Assembly: GCA_965223505.1 (NCBI GenBank)
Contig: CBDCWP010000034.1
Span: forward strand, 64,001 to 128,000
Length of the DNA: 64,000 bases
Source: Planctomycetota bacterium
GTDB taxonomy: Bacteria > Planctomycetota > PLA2 > JAEUHO01
Direction: 5' to 3'
A program made the translations under genes and the position numbers. Positions 47,944 through 57,162 of this stretch are shown here, piece after piece (position 1 is the stretch's first letter; every line of letters begins with the position of its first letter). The notes below the pieces were generated by a model. The model was not told where the DNA came from. It ran no database searches and saw nothing but the letters and a program-made list of their open reading frames with translations.

Positions 47944-48644
47944 GCGAGGTCACCTGCTCTCACCTCGAGAAGTCGTTCGGCGACAACCGCGTCCTTTGCG
48001 ACTTCTCCGTGCGCGTCGAGCAGGGCGAGCTCGTCTCGCTGCTCGGCGCGTCAGGCTGCGGCAAGACGACCGTCCTGCGGCTCATCGCGGGCCTCGACGT
48101 GCCCGACGCAGGCGAGATTCGCATCGGCGACCGCACCGTGTGCGGCCCGGGCACCTGGGTCCCGCCGGAAGCGCGCCGCATCGGCATGGTCTTCCAGTCG
48201 TACGCGGTCTGGCCGCATTTCTCCGTCTTGCGCAACGTCGACTATCCGCTGCGCGTGAGCCGCGTGCCGAAGGCGGAGCGCAACGAACGCGCGCACGCGA
48301 TGCTGCGCCTCGTCGGCCTCGAAGGCCTGGAGGACCGGCGGCCGAATCAGCTCTCGGGCGGGCAGCAGCAGCGCGTGGCGTTGGCGCGCGGGTTGATCAT
48401 GGAGCCCGACGTCCTCCTGCTCGACGAGCCCTTGTCCAACCTCGACGCCAAGCTGCGCGTGCGCATGCGCCGCGACATCCGCCGCATCCAGCAAGAGACC
48501 GGATTCACGGTGATCTACGTGACCCACGATCAGGACGAGGCGCTCGAGATCTCGGATCGCTTGGTGATCATGGACGCCGGAGAGATCATCGCGGTCGGTC
48601 CCCCCGACGAGCTGCGAGAGCACGAACACATGCGAGTCACCTAG
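47940..48644 (+). CDS. ABC transporter ATP-binding protein (FbpC/PotA-like, no C-terminal TOBE domain)
   Basis: GASGCGKTT, LSGGQQQRVA, LLLDEPLSNLD, YVTHDQ. Confidence 0.95.
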   Translation: MSEVTCSHLEKSFGDNRVLCDFSVRVEQGELVSLLGASGCGKTTVLRLIAGLDVPDAGEIRIGDRTVCGPGTWVPPEARRIGMVFQSYAVWPHFSVLRNVDYPLRVSRVPKAERNERAHAMLRLVGLEGLEDRRPNQLSGGQQQRVALARGLIMEPDVLLLDEPLSNLDAKLRVRMRRDIRRIQQETGFTVIYVTHDQDEALEISDRLVIMDAGEIIAVGPPDELREHEHMRVT

Positions 48645-49412
48645 GTGCGCGCCTTCCTGCTGGACATCGACGGCACGACGCTGCTCGGACCGAACGCGAT
48701 TCCCGGCGCGCGCGAGCTGATCGCGTACCTCGATCGCGCGGGCATTCCGTACCTGTGGCTGACCAACAACACGTCGCGCTCGCGCGAGGGGTGGCGCGCG
48801 CGCCTCCAGGACGCGGGATTCAGCCCCGACATCGACGACGTCTACACCGCGGGCGACGCGACGATCGACTACCTGCACTCGCTCGTTCACCCGCCGCGGG
48901 TGTTCCTCGTCGGAACGAGGGAGCTGCGCGGCGAATTCGAGGCGGCCGGCATCACGCTCGACGACGACGACCCTGACATGGTCGTGCTCGGGTACGACCT
49001 CGAGCTCACCTACGACAAGATCCAGCGCGCGGCGCTGCTCTTGCAGCGCGACCTGCCGTTCGTGGCGACGCATCCGGATCTCACGTGTCCCACGCCCGAC
49101 GGTCCCGTGCCCGACGTGGGGGCGTTCCTCGCGATGTTCCGGGCCGCGACCGGGCGCACGCCGCGCGTGATCGGGAAGCCGGAAGCCACGATGATCCGCG
49201 GCGCGCTGTCCCGCCTCGACGTGGACGCGAGCGACGCCGTCATGGTGGGGGACCGGCCCACGACGGACATCCGCATGGCCAAGCGCGCGGGCGTGACGTC
49301 CTACCTCGTGCTCAGCGGCGTGACGCGCCGGGAAGACCCGATCGCGCTCGAGGACACGCCCTCGGAGGTGTTTCCGTCCCTGGCGGAGGTCCTGGAGCAC
49401 ATTCGCGCGTAG
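48645..49412 (+). CDS. HAD-superfamily IIA phosphatase (NagD-like)
   Basis: DIDGT, LTNN, GKP, MVGDRPTTDI. Confidence 0.92.
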   Translation: MRAFLLDIDGTTLLGPNAIPGARELIAYLDRAGIPYLWLTNNTSRSREGWRARLQDAGFSPDIDDVYTAGDATIDYLHSLVHPPRVFLVGTRELRGEFEAAGITLDDDDPDMVVLGYDLELTYDKIQRAALLLQRDLPFVATHPDLTCPTPDGPVPDVGAFLAMFRAATGRTPRVIGKPEATMIRGALSRLDVDASDAVMVGDRPTTDIRMAKRAGVTSYLVLSGVTRREDPIALEDTPSEVFPSLAEVLEHIRA

Positions 49413-49465
49413 GTAACACTTCGACGGCGGATCGCGTCTGCTCCCTTGTCCTGGAGGAGACCCCA

Positions 49466-50224
49466 ATGCGAATCGCCCTGTTCTTGTCCGCTGCCTTGAT
49501 TCTCTCGCTCGCCGGCCCCGCGGAGGCCAGCGATCCCACCGGCATCTACGCCATCGTCGACACGGTGAAGCTCATCCCGAGCGCCGAAGAGCCGACGCAG
49601 ATCTTGATCGTCGGCGCGTTCAGCCTCGCCACCGGCCGCCGCTCGCAGATGGCGCCGGAGTGGGGCACGCTCTACTTCTCGTTGCCGGCAGGCAAGGAGA
49701 AGGAGGCCCGCCAGGAGTGGGCGGATCTCGCCGACATCGCCGGCAAGCGCGGCGTCTACGGCTTCGGCGCGCGTCGCCGGCTCGAAGGCGCGAAGCTGTA
49801 CACCGGCGCCGAGCGCCCCAAGGCGCCGACACCGTATCCGATGGGATGGGGGATACACCCGGTCCGCAACGCGAAGTGGGGGGCACCGGGACTGCTGCGA
49901 ACCCTGCCCCGGCCCGTCGCGCCGGCGCGGCCCGGCAACGAGATGAAGGTCGTCGAGAGCGGCATGCAGGAGATCCGGTTCACCGCGGCCAACGCGCTGG
50001 CGCCCAACGACGGAACGCGCTACCTCTTCGAAGTCGAGACGCGGCGGGCCGGCCTCGTCGCCAGCCCGGCGATCGAGCCCGGTGAGCGGGAGACCGAATG
50101 GAAGACGTGGCTCTACCTGCAGCCCGGCGAGGTGGTCAAGTGGAGCGTACGCATCGTCCGCGAGGACCACGATCGCTTCGCCGTCGCGCGCTCCCACTTC
50201 AAGGTGAAGGCGGGCGAGGAGTGA
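49466..50224 (+). CDS. Secreted hypothetical protein
   Basis: GGAGGAG RBS; signal peptide ending AEA-S; SDPTGIYAIVD; C-terminal Ig-like part. Confidence 0.75.
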   Translation: MRIALFLSAALILSLAGPAEASDPTGIYAIVDTVKLIPSAEEPTQILIVGAFSLATGRRSQMAPEWGTLYFSLPAGKEKEARQEWADLADIAGKRGVYGFGARRRLEGAKLYTGAERPKAPTPYPMGWGIHPVRNAKWGAPGLLRTLPRPVAPARPGNEMKVVESGMQEIRFTAANALAPNDGTRYLFEVETRRAGLVASPAIEPGERETEWKTWLYLQPGEVVKWSVRIVREDHDRFAVARSHFKVKAGEE

Positions 50225-51324
50225 GCGTCGCGACGCGCACTGCGTCGCTTCCGCGAACCGCGTGGACCGACGCGCCGCTCATCGCCGCTTCGGGTGTTCA
50301 CGCCGCCGCGTTGCTGTTGGCGCCGTCGCTGCCGGTCGTCGCGATCGGCCTGTGGTGGAACGCCAACACCGTCGCCCACAACTTCATCCACAACCCGTTC
50401 TTCCGCTCGAAGACGGCGCGCAGCGCCTTCTCGATCTACCTGAGTCTCTTGATGGGGGTGCCGCAGACGCTCTGGCGCGAGCGGCACCTGGCCCATCACG
50501 CGAACCGCGCGGCGCGCATCAGGCCGTCGCCGCAGCTGTGCGCCGAGTCGGCCGCCGTCGCCGGGCTCTGGATCACCCTGGCGCTGGTCGCGCCGTCGTT
50601 CTTCGCGTTCGCCTATCTGCCCGGCTACTTCGCCGGCCTGATGTTGTGCACCCTGCAAGGGCGTTACGAGCATCGCGCCGACGAGACCGTCGATCATCGC
50701 GGCGCGCTCTACAACCTCTTGTTCTTCAACGACGGGCATCACGCTGCGCACCACAGGTCGCCGAAGCGCCACTGGCGGGACCTGCCTCGTGCCGCGCGCG
50801 TCGACACGCCGACGAGCCGCTACCCGGCGGTGCTGCGCTGGCTCGAGGCGCATCCGCTCGACCTCCTGGAGCGCCTGGCGCTCGGATCGAAGCTCGTTCG
50901 ACGCTGGGTGCTCTCAACGCACGAGCGCGCGCTCGCGAAGCTGTTGCCTGCCATGGGCGACGCGCGGCGCGTCGCCATCGTTGGGGGCGCGCTTTTTCCG
51001 CGTTCCGCGCTTCTGTTGTCGAAGCACCTGCCCGACGCCGAGCTCACTGTGATCGATCAGGCCCCGCTGCACATCGAGACCGCGCGCGCGCGGCTTCCTT
51101 CGAACGTGCGCGTCGTCAGCGAGACCTACGACCCGGCGCGTCACGACGGGTTCGATCTCGTCGTGATTCCGCTCGCGTACCAGGGTGACCGAGAAGCCCT
51201 GTATCGCGATCCGCCTGCGGAGACGCTCCTCGTCCACGATTGGCTGCCGCGCCGGCGAGGGATCGGCGCGCTCGTCTCACTGCTGCTCTTCAAGCGTATG
51301 AACCTGATCCGGCGGGCAGCGTGA
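50221..51324 (+). CDS. Fatty-acid desaturase-like domain fused to a Rossmann/SAM-methyltransferase-like domain
   Basis: His boxes HNFIH, HLAHH, GHHAAHH with TM segments; C-terminal VAIVGGALFPRSA...LTVID. Confidence 0.75.
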   Translation: MSVATRTASLPRTAWTDAPLIAASGVHAAALLLAPSLPVVAIGLWWNANTVAHNFIHNPFFRSKTARSAFSIYLSLLMGVPQTLWRERHLAHHANRAARIRPSPQLCAESAAVAGLWITLALVAPSFFAFAYLPGYFAGLMLCTLQGRYEHRADETVDHRGALYNLLFFNDGHHAAHHRSPKRHWRDLPRAARVDTPTSRYPAVLRWLEAHPLDLLERLALGSKLVRRWVLSTHERALAKLLPAMGDARRVAIVGGALFPRSALLLSKHLPDAELTVIDQAPLHIETARARLPSNVRVVSETYDPARHDGFDLVVIPLAYQGDREALYRDPPAETLLVHDWLPRRRGIGALVSLLLFKRMNLIRRAA

Positions 51325-53006
51325 AGGGCCTCGCGCTGTTCGCCGTGCTCGCGTTCGTGAAGCTCACGGGCGCGCTGGCGCACGACATCGAGTGGTCCGG
51401 CGTCGTCGTGATTGCGCTGCTCTGGCAGGACGCCTCGATCGCGCTGGCGTTCGAGGCGCTGAGCCGGGCGCTGCGACCGCGGGTCGCGTGGACCGTCTAC
51501 GGTGCGTTGTGCGCGTACGCGGTCGCAAACCTCCCGGTCGTGCGCGTGCTTGCGACGCCCATGACGTTGCCCATGCTCCGCGCGACCGACGGCGCCCTCT
51601 CCGATTCGGTCGTGCGCTACGCGACGCTCGGCAACGTCGCGCTCGTGTTCGTCGGCGGTGCGCTCGCTTGGATCGCCCCGCGGCGTCTGCCGCGCACGGC
51701 GTCGACGCTGCCCGTCTGCGCCCTGGTGTTGGTCGCCGTAGGCGGCTTCGCAGCGGGCGCCGACGCGCGCACCCACGGGCTGCATCGAAGCGCCGTTCCG
51801 ACGCTGGTGCGAAGCGCGTTCCCACGCCTCGCGGCCGCCGGGTCGAGCGATGTCGAGTGGCGGGCGCCGTTCGAGCCGGGCGCGCCGTCCCAGGACTGCA
51901 CCGCGCTCTACGGCACGGCCCGCGGTTGCAACGTGTTGATGGTGGTGCTGGAGTCGGTCGCCGCCGCGGACGTGAAGCCGTGGGGCGGAAGCGCCGATCC
52001 GATGCCGAACCTCACCGCGCTCGCGAACCGGTCGCTCGTGTTCGAGAACGCGTATGCCGTCTATCCCGAGAGCGTGAAGGGGCTCGTCGCCTTGCTCGCG
52101 TCGCGTCCGCCCGCCATGGACACCGCAGCGGAGGACTACGCGGGCGTCGCGTTCGAGACGCTGCCGCGCACGCTCGGCGGCGCCGGCTACGCGTCAGCGT
52201 TGTTTCACAGCGGGCGTTTCGACTATCTCGGCATGAACGCCGTCGTTCGGGAGCGTGGCTACGACGTCTTGCACGACGCGGGCGACATCGGCGGCGTCCA
52301 CGAGTCGAGCTTCGGTGTCGACGAACGCTCGACGGTCGAACACGCGCTGCGCTGGATTCGCGCAAGGGGAGACACGTCGTGGTTCGTGACGTACATGCCC
52401 ATCGCAGGACACCATCCGTATGACGCGCCCGAGGCGGGGCCGTACGACGCGCGCACCGAACGCGGCGCGTACTACAACGCGCTACACTACGCGGACCGGT
52501 ACGTCGGCCGGCTGATCGCCGGCGTCCCCGACGACACACTGATCGTCGTGGTCGGTGACCACGGCCAGGCGTTTCACCAGCATCCCGGCAACTACGGCCA
52601 CAGCTTCTTCCTCTACGAGGAGAACGTACGCGTCCCGCTGCTGATCGCCGCGCCGGGCGTGGAGGCGCGCCGGATCGAGCGTGTCGCGAGCCACCTCGAT
52701 GTCGCGCCGACCGTGCTCGAGCTGCTGGGTAGGCCGGTTCCGGCGTCGTTTCGGGGCGGGTCGCTGCTCGAGCCCGCGCCCCGCCCCGCGCTGATGTTCA
52801 CGGACTACTCCATGGCGCTGCTCGCGCTGCGCGACGGACGGTGGAAGTTCATCCATGAGGTGGAGTCCGGGCGCAGTGCCCTCTTCGACCTTGCGGCGGA
52901 TCCCGGGGAGCGTGTGGACCTTGCCGGTCGTCACGGCACCCGCGTGCGTGCCTACCGGGATCGCCTGCTGCGCTGGGGCGCCGCGCAACGGGCGGCCTAT
53001 CGCTAG
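51321..53006 (+). CDS. Membrane-bound sulfatase/LTA-synthase-like protein
   Basis: N-terminal TM bundle; NVLMVVLES, GHHPY, VGDHGQAF, FDLAADPGE; GTGA overlap with the upstream gene. Confidence 0.85.
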   Translation: MKGLALFAVLAFVKLTGALAHDIEWSGVVVIALLWQDASIALAFEALSRALRPRVAWTVYGALCAYAVANLPVVRVLATPMTLPMLRATDGALSDSVVRYATLGNVALVFVGGALAWIAPRRLPRTASTLPVCALVLVAVGGFAAGADARTHGLHRSAVPTLVRSAFPRLAAAGSSDVEWRAPFEPGAPSQDCTALYGTARGCNVLMVVLESVAAADVKPWGGSADPMPNLTALANRSLVFENAYAVYPESVKGLVALLASRPPAMDTAAEDYAGVAFETLPRTLGGAGYASALFHSGRFDYLGMNAVVRERGYDVLHDAGDIGGVHESSFGVDERSTVEHALRWIRARGDTSWFVTYMPIAGHHPYDAPEAGPYDARTERGAYYNALHYADRYVGRLIAGVPDDTLIVVVGDHGQAFHQHPGNYGHSFFLYEENVRVPLLIAAPGVEARRIERVASHLDVAPTVLELLGRPVPASFRGGSLLEPAPRPALMFTDYSMALLALRDGRWKFIHEVESGRSALFDLAADPGERVDLAGRHGTRVRAYRDRLLRWGAAQRAAYR

Positions 53007-53028
53007 CCCGCGTGATTTCAGGCAGGCC

Positions 53029-54444
53029 CTAGTCGGACTCCTTCTTGCTGGCGAGCTTGCGATACGCCGCGACGATCTCGTCCGCGATCGTGTCAACCGC
53101 CTTCTCGGTGTTGGTGTGTGGATCCCAGGTCCGAACGTACGTAATCCCACTCATCGTCTTGTGCAGCTTGGGCCCATTGTCGGTCAGCTTCACCGGAATC
53201 AGCTCCAGGGCGTGATCGGCGCGCCGCCGGATCATCTGATCGCGCTCGTATTCGCAGTAGCCGCTCTCGAGCCACGCTCGCGAGTGGAGGATGATGCCGA
53301 CCTGCGCGTCGTCGATCTTCTCGGCGATCTCGGTCATCCACTCACTTCCCGGCGTGAGATCACCCGGATGCTTGTAGTAGAACGCGTCGTTGAATCGTTT
53401 CTTGAGCTCGGCCGCCAAACGCGCCGCGAACTCGATGTCTGCTCCCGCGCAGCTCAGGAACGCGTTGACCTCGACGTCCGCAGCACGCCGGAAGTATCGA
53501 GCCGCCTCCTCCGCGTTGGGAATGAGTGTGGCGGGGTGTTTCAGTGCCTCATTGAGCGATGTCACGCGTTCTACGAGCTGTTCCGGCGTCTGCCAGCGCG
53601 CTTGCTTGCGCGGGTCCGCATAACCGATCTCGAGGCCTCCGAACATCATGGCTTCCTCGGGGCCCCCGCCCTCCTCCTCCGACGCGACACGCCGGACCCG
53701 CATCGTCGGGATCGCGCACGCGTGGATGTACGGCACGATCCCAGTCAGCGAGGCTGCTCGGCCGCAGTCGAGAACGAGCCAATCGAAGCGATCGAGCTCC
53801 GCGTAGTCCTTCGCCTGAAGTTGCGGCGGCCAAGGAAGTCGTCGAACGTCCCAGCCGACGAGCGCCTTCTTCAACAGGTCTTCGGTCGAGGCATCGTAGT
53901 CCTCGTCACTCAGGACCATACCGACCTGCCGTTCTTCGCAGGCGTTGCCGCCACGGCCGACCCAACCTTCGACGTCTTCGTAGAAGTGGCCGATGGCACG
54001 GCGGAACTTCTTCTCCGCGACGTTGGTGACGTCATCGGGAAGCTCGCGGGAGTCGAAAGGCGCTTTGTGGGCGGCGCTCGACAAGTTCAGCGTCTTGGCG
54101 TATCGGCGGTCGCTGAACACGATGATCGGCAGGCCGACGCGTCGCGCGATGTCGAGCTCGAGGCGGAAGTAGCGCGACTGCTTGCGAAGGTCCTCCACCG
54201 AAGGCGAGGCGTCCAACTCGTCGGGCAACGGATAGATCCCCACGAACGCGTCCGCCTCGCGGATCTTGCGCTCGATCCGGGTTACGTTCGAAGGGACCTT
54301 CTTCCCGTCCTGCGTGCCCTCGTCGACCTCGAATTGGACCTCGTGTTCGGCCGCCGTCAACAGGCCGTAGAAGTAGCGGTTGACGGCGAACGCCTCGTAC
54401 TTGTGGCTCAAGAAGACACGGACTCTGAGTTTCTCGGTGCCCAA
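53029..54444 (-). CDS. TIR-domain protein with three TIR/NDT-like Rossmann domains
   Basis: N-term VFLSHK...SRYFRLELDIA; middle FDWLVLD...YIHACAIPT; C-term AFLSCAGAD...PGSEW...SRAWLESGYCEYE...LIPV; TTG start after GGAGG. Confidence 0.8.
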   Translation of the reverse strand: MGTEKLRVRVFLSHKYEAFAVNRYFYGLLTAAEHEVQFEVDEGTQDGKKVPSNVTRIERKIREADAFVGIYPLPDELDASPSVEDLRKQSRYFRLELDIARRVGLPIIVFSDRRYAKTLNLSSAAHKAPFDSRELPDDVTNVAEKKFRRAIGHFYEDVEGWVGRGGNACEERQVGMVLSDEDYDASTEDLLKKALVGWDVRRLPWPPQLQAKDYAELDRFDWLVLDCGRAASLTGIVPYIHACAIPTMRVRRVASEEEGGGPEEAMMFGGLEIGYADPRKQARWQTPEQLVERVTSLNEALKHPATLIPNAEEAARYFRRAADVEVNAFLSCAGADIEFAARLAAELKKRFNDAFYYKHPGDLTPGSEWMTEIAEKIDDAQVGIILHSRAWLESGYCEYERDQMIRRRADHALELIPVKLTDNGPKLHKTMSGITYVRTWDPHTNTEKAVDTIADEIVAAYRKLASKKESD

Positions 54445-54521
54445 ACTCCCTCCCGAAGGCCCGGCTCGCGCGCCATGGTCACCGGGTGCGCGGGGTATCG
54501 TCAAGACCGCACGGAGGACGC

Positions 54522-54983
54522 ATGCTGGACGAGCTGCTCGAGGCGATTCGAACCAACAACCGCATCAACCTGTTGCTGATCGACGAGATCAGCGCCGAAG
54601 GGTTGAAGGACACGCTCTCGACCCGCGGTGGCCGCGACGTCGCCGCCCAGCTGGCACACATCCACACCAACCGGGTCTGGCAGATGGAGAAGCGCGGCAA
54701 GGCCTTCGCCGAAGGGCTGGTCAAGTTCAGCGCCAAGGACGAGCCGACGCGGGCACAGCTCAAGCGCGCGATGACCGCGTCGGGCAAGGCGCTCGAGAAG
54801 TTCTTCACCGCCATCGTGGACGGCAAGGCAAGGTGCTTGAAGAAAGGGCCCCTGAACTACCTGGCGTACTTCATCTCGCACGAAGCCCACCATCGCGGCA
54901 ACATCCTGCTCACCCTCAAGCAGTGCGGCCACAAGCTCGACCGCAACACCGCGTACTCGCTCTGGGACTGGGACCGCAGATAG
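54522..54983 (+). CDS. DinB family protein
   Basis: QLAHIH...R, YFISHEAHHRG; GGAGG RBS. Confidence 0.88.
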   Translation: MLDELLEAIRTNNRINLLLIDEISAEGLKDTLSTRGGRDVAAQLAHIHTNRVWQMEKRGKAFAEGLVKFSAKDEPTRAQLKRAMTASGKALEKFFTAIVDGKARCLKKGPLNYLAYFISHEAHHRGNILLTLKQCGHKLDRNTAYSLWDWDRR

Positions 54984-54993
54984 TCGCCTGGCT

Positions 54994-55026
54994 CCTCAGC
55001 GGCGCCTAAGTGCCGTGGCCTAGCGT
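54994..55026 (+). promoter_or_regulatory. Candidate OmpR-family box plus -10 element (leaderless promoter)
   Basis: CCTCAG-N5-CCTAAG-N10-TAGCGT, with the GTG start 6 bp later. Confidence 0.65.
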
Positions 55027-55032
55027 GCGAGC

Positions 55033-55757
55033 GTGAAAGCGTCTCTGGCCGCCCTCGCCGTGATCTCGATCGCAGCCGGCTGCGGCCTGGATCTCCCGCA
55101 ACCGCTCGTCGGCGACCTCGCCGAGCCGGCCTTCGATCCCGGCAACTTCAACGACCGCTCCGCGGAGATCCACCACCTCTACTACCCCTTCGTTCCGGGC
55201 TCGACCTACACCTATCGCGGCGAGACCGAAGGCGGCGCCGTGGAAGAGGTGGAGGTCAACGTCTCGCGCGCGACGCGCGACGTGCTCGGCGTGACCTGTC
55301 TCGTCGTGGTCGAGCGGGAGTTCGAGGACGGCGCGCTCGTAGAAGAGACGCACGACTGGTACGCCCAGGACCTCTTCGGAAACATCTGGTACTTCGGCGA
55401 GGACTCGACCGAGTACGAAACGGTGTCGTCACCGGCACCGGCGGCTCCTGGGAGGCCGGCCTCGACGGGGCCGAGCCCGGGATCCTGTTCAAGGCGCTCT
55501 CCGTCCCGCTCGACGAGTATCGGCAGGAGTACTACCCGGGCCGCGCGGAGGACATGGCCAGGGTCGTGGCGCTGAACGTGGCCGTCACGCTCGAGAACGG
55601 ACTCAGCTACCCCCAGTGCGTACAGACGCAGGAGTGGACGCCGCTCGAGCCCGGTGGGGACGAATACAAGTTCTACGCGCTCGGAATCGGCCTCGTGCGC
55701 GAGCAGCCGCTCGACGGCGGGCCCGGGCTCGAGCTGGTCGGGATTCGGTCGGATTGA
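55033..55757 (+). pseudogene. Lipoprotein gene with a single-base frameshift at ~55418-55420 (or a sequencing error); paralog of 58896..59561
   Basis: Adding one A to GAAAC restores EYENGVVTGTGGSWEAGLDGAEPGIL...YRQEYYPGRAEDMA, continuing into ORF 55554..55757. Lipobox AAGC. Confidence 0.8.
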
Positions 55758-55840
55758 GGGGATTCGTCGTGCGAGCCGGTCGTTTCGAACGCCTGTCAAC
55801 CTGCTGTTCGGGCCGTTTCGCGCGGGGGCGGCACGGCCGA

Positions 55841-55873
55841 ACCAAGGATTCCCTAAGATTTCGTCATGAGAAT
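55841..55873 (+). promoter_or_regulatory. Candidate OmpR-family box plus -10 element upstream of the PepSY-RR-HK operon
   Basis: ACCAAG-N5-CCTAAG-N10-GAGAAT. Confidence 0.65.
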
Positions 55874-55908
55874 CCCGGGGCCTCGGGGGCCGACGAAGGG
55901 AGCTGTCC

Positions 55909-56484
<576 letters not shown>

Positions 56485-56493
56485 GCACGACCG

Positions 56494-57159
56494 ATGAAGA
56501 TCTTGGTCATCGAAGACTCGGAACGCCTCCGGCGCTCGCTCGAGCTCGGGCTGCGCCGTTCCGGGTTCGCGGTCGACGTCGTCGGCGACGGCGAAGAAGG
56601 GCTCGCCTATGCCCGTCACGGGAAGTACGACGCCGTCATCCTCGACTTGATGCTTCCGAAGCTCGACGGGCTGACCCTGCTGCGCCGGCTGCGGGAGGAA
56701 GGAAACGACGTCCACGTGTTGATCCTTTCCGCGCGGGATCAGGTCGAGGAACGGATCGAAGGCCTGCAGCTCGGATCCGACGACTACCTCACGAAGCCGT
56801 TCGCGTTCGAAGAGCTCGTCGCCCGGTTGCGCGCCCTCGTTCGCCGCAAGTACGGAACGAAGAGCCCGGTTCACCGCGTCGGGCCGCTCGAGATCGACAC
56901 CGGCAGGCGCGCGGTCGTGCGCGACGCGAAGGAGATCCCGCTCACGCGCAACGAGTACTCCGTGCTCGAGTACCTCGTCGCGAGGCGGGGACGGGTCGTC
57001 TCGAAGTCCGAGCTTCTCGATCATCTCTACGCCGGCGCCGGCCACGGGTCCGAGAACGCCGTCGAGGTGTTCGTCCACCAGCTGCGCAAGAAGATCCACG
57101 TCAACGGCGATGCCGAGGTCATCCGAACCCGCCGCGGCCACGGCTACGTGATCGACTGA
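56494..57159 (+). CDS. OmpR/PhoB family response regulator
   Basis: KILVIEDS, ILDLMLP, DDYLTKPF, VEVFVHQLRKK, IRTRRGHGY. Confidence 0.96.
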   Translation: MKILVIEDSERLRRSLELGLRRSGFAVDVVGDGEEGLAYARHGKYDAVILDLMLPKLDGLTLLRRLREEGNDVHVLILSARDQVEERIEGLQLGSDDYLTKPFAFEELVARLRALVRRKYGTKSPVHRVGPLEIDTGRRAVVRDAKEIPLTRNEYSVLEYLVARRGRVVSKSELLDHLYAGAGHGSENAVEVFVHQLRKKIHVNGDAEVIRTRRGHGYVID

Positions 57160-57162
57160 CCC

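Noticed and set aside
53029..54983. Thoeris operon
   Set aside because: No ThsA-type (SIR2/SLOG, Macro-TM) partner is adjacent; the neighbour is a divergent DinB gene.
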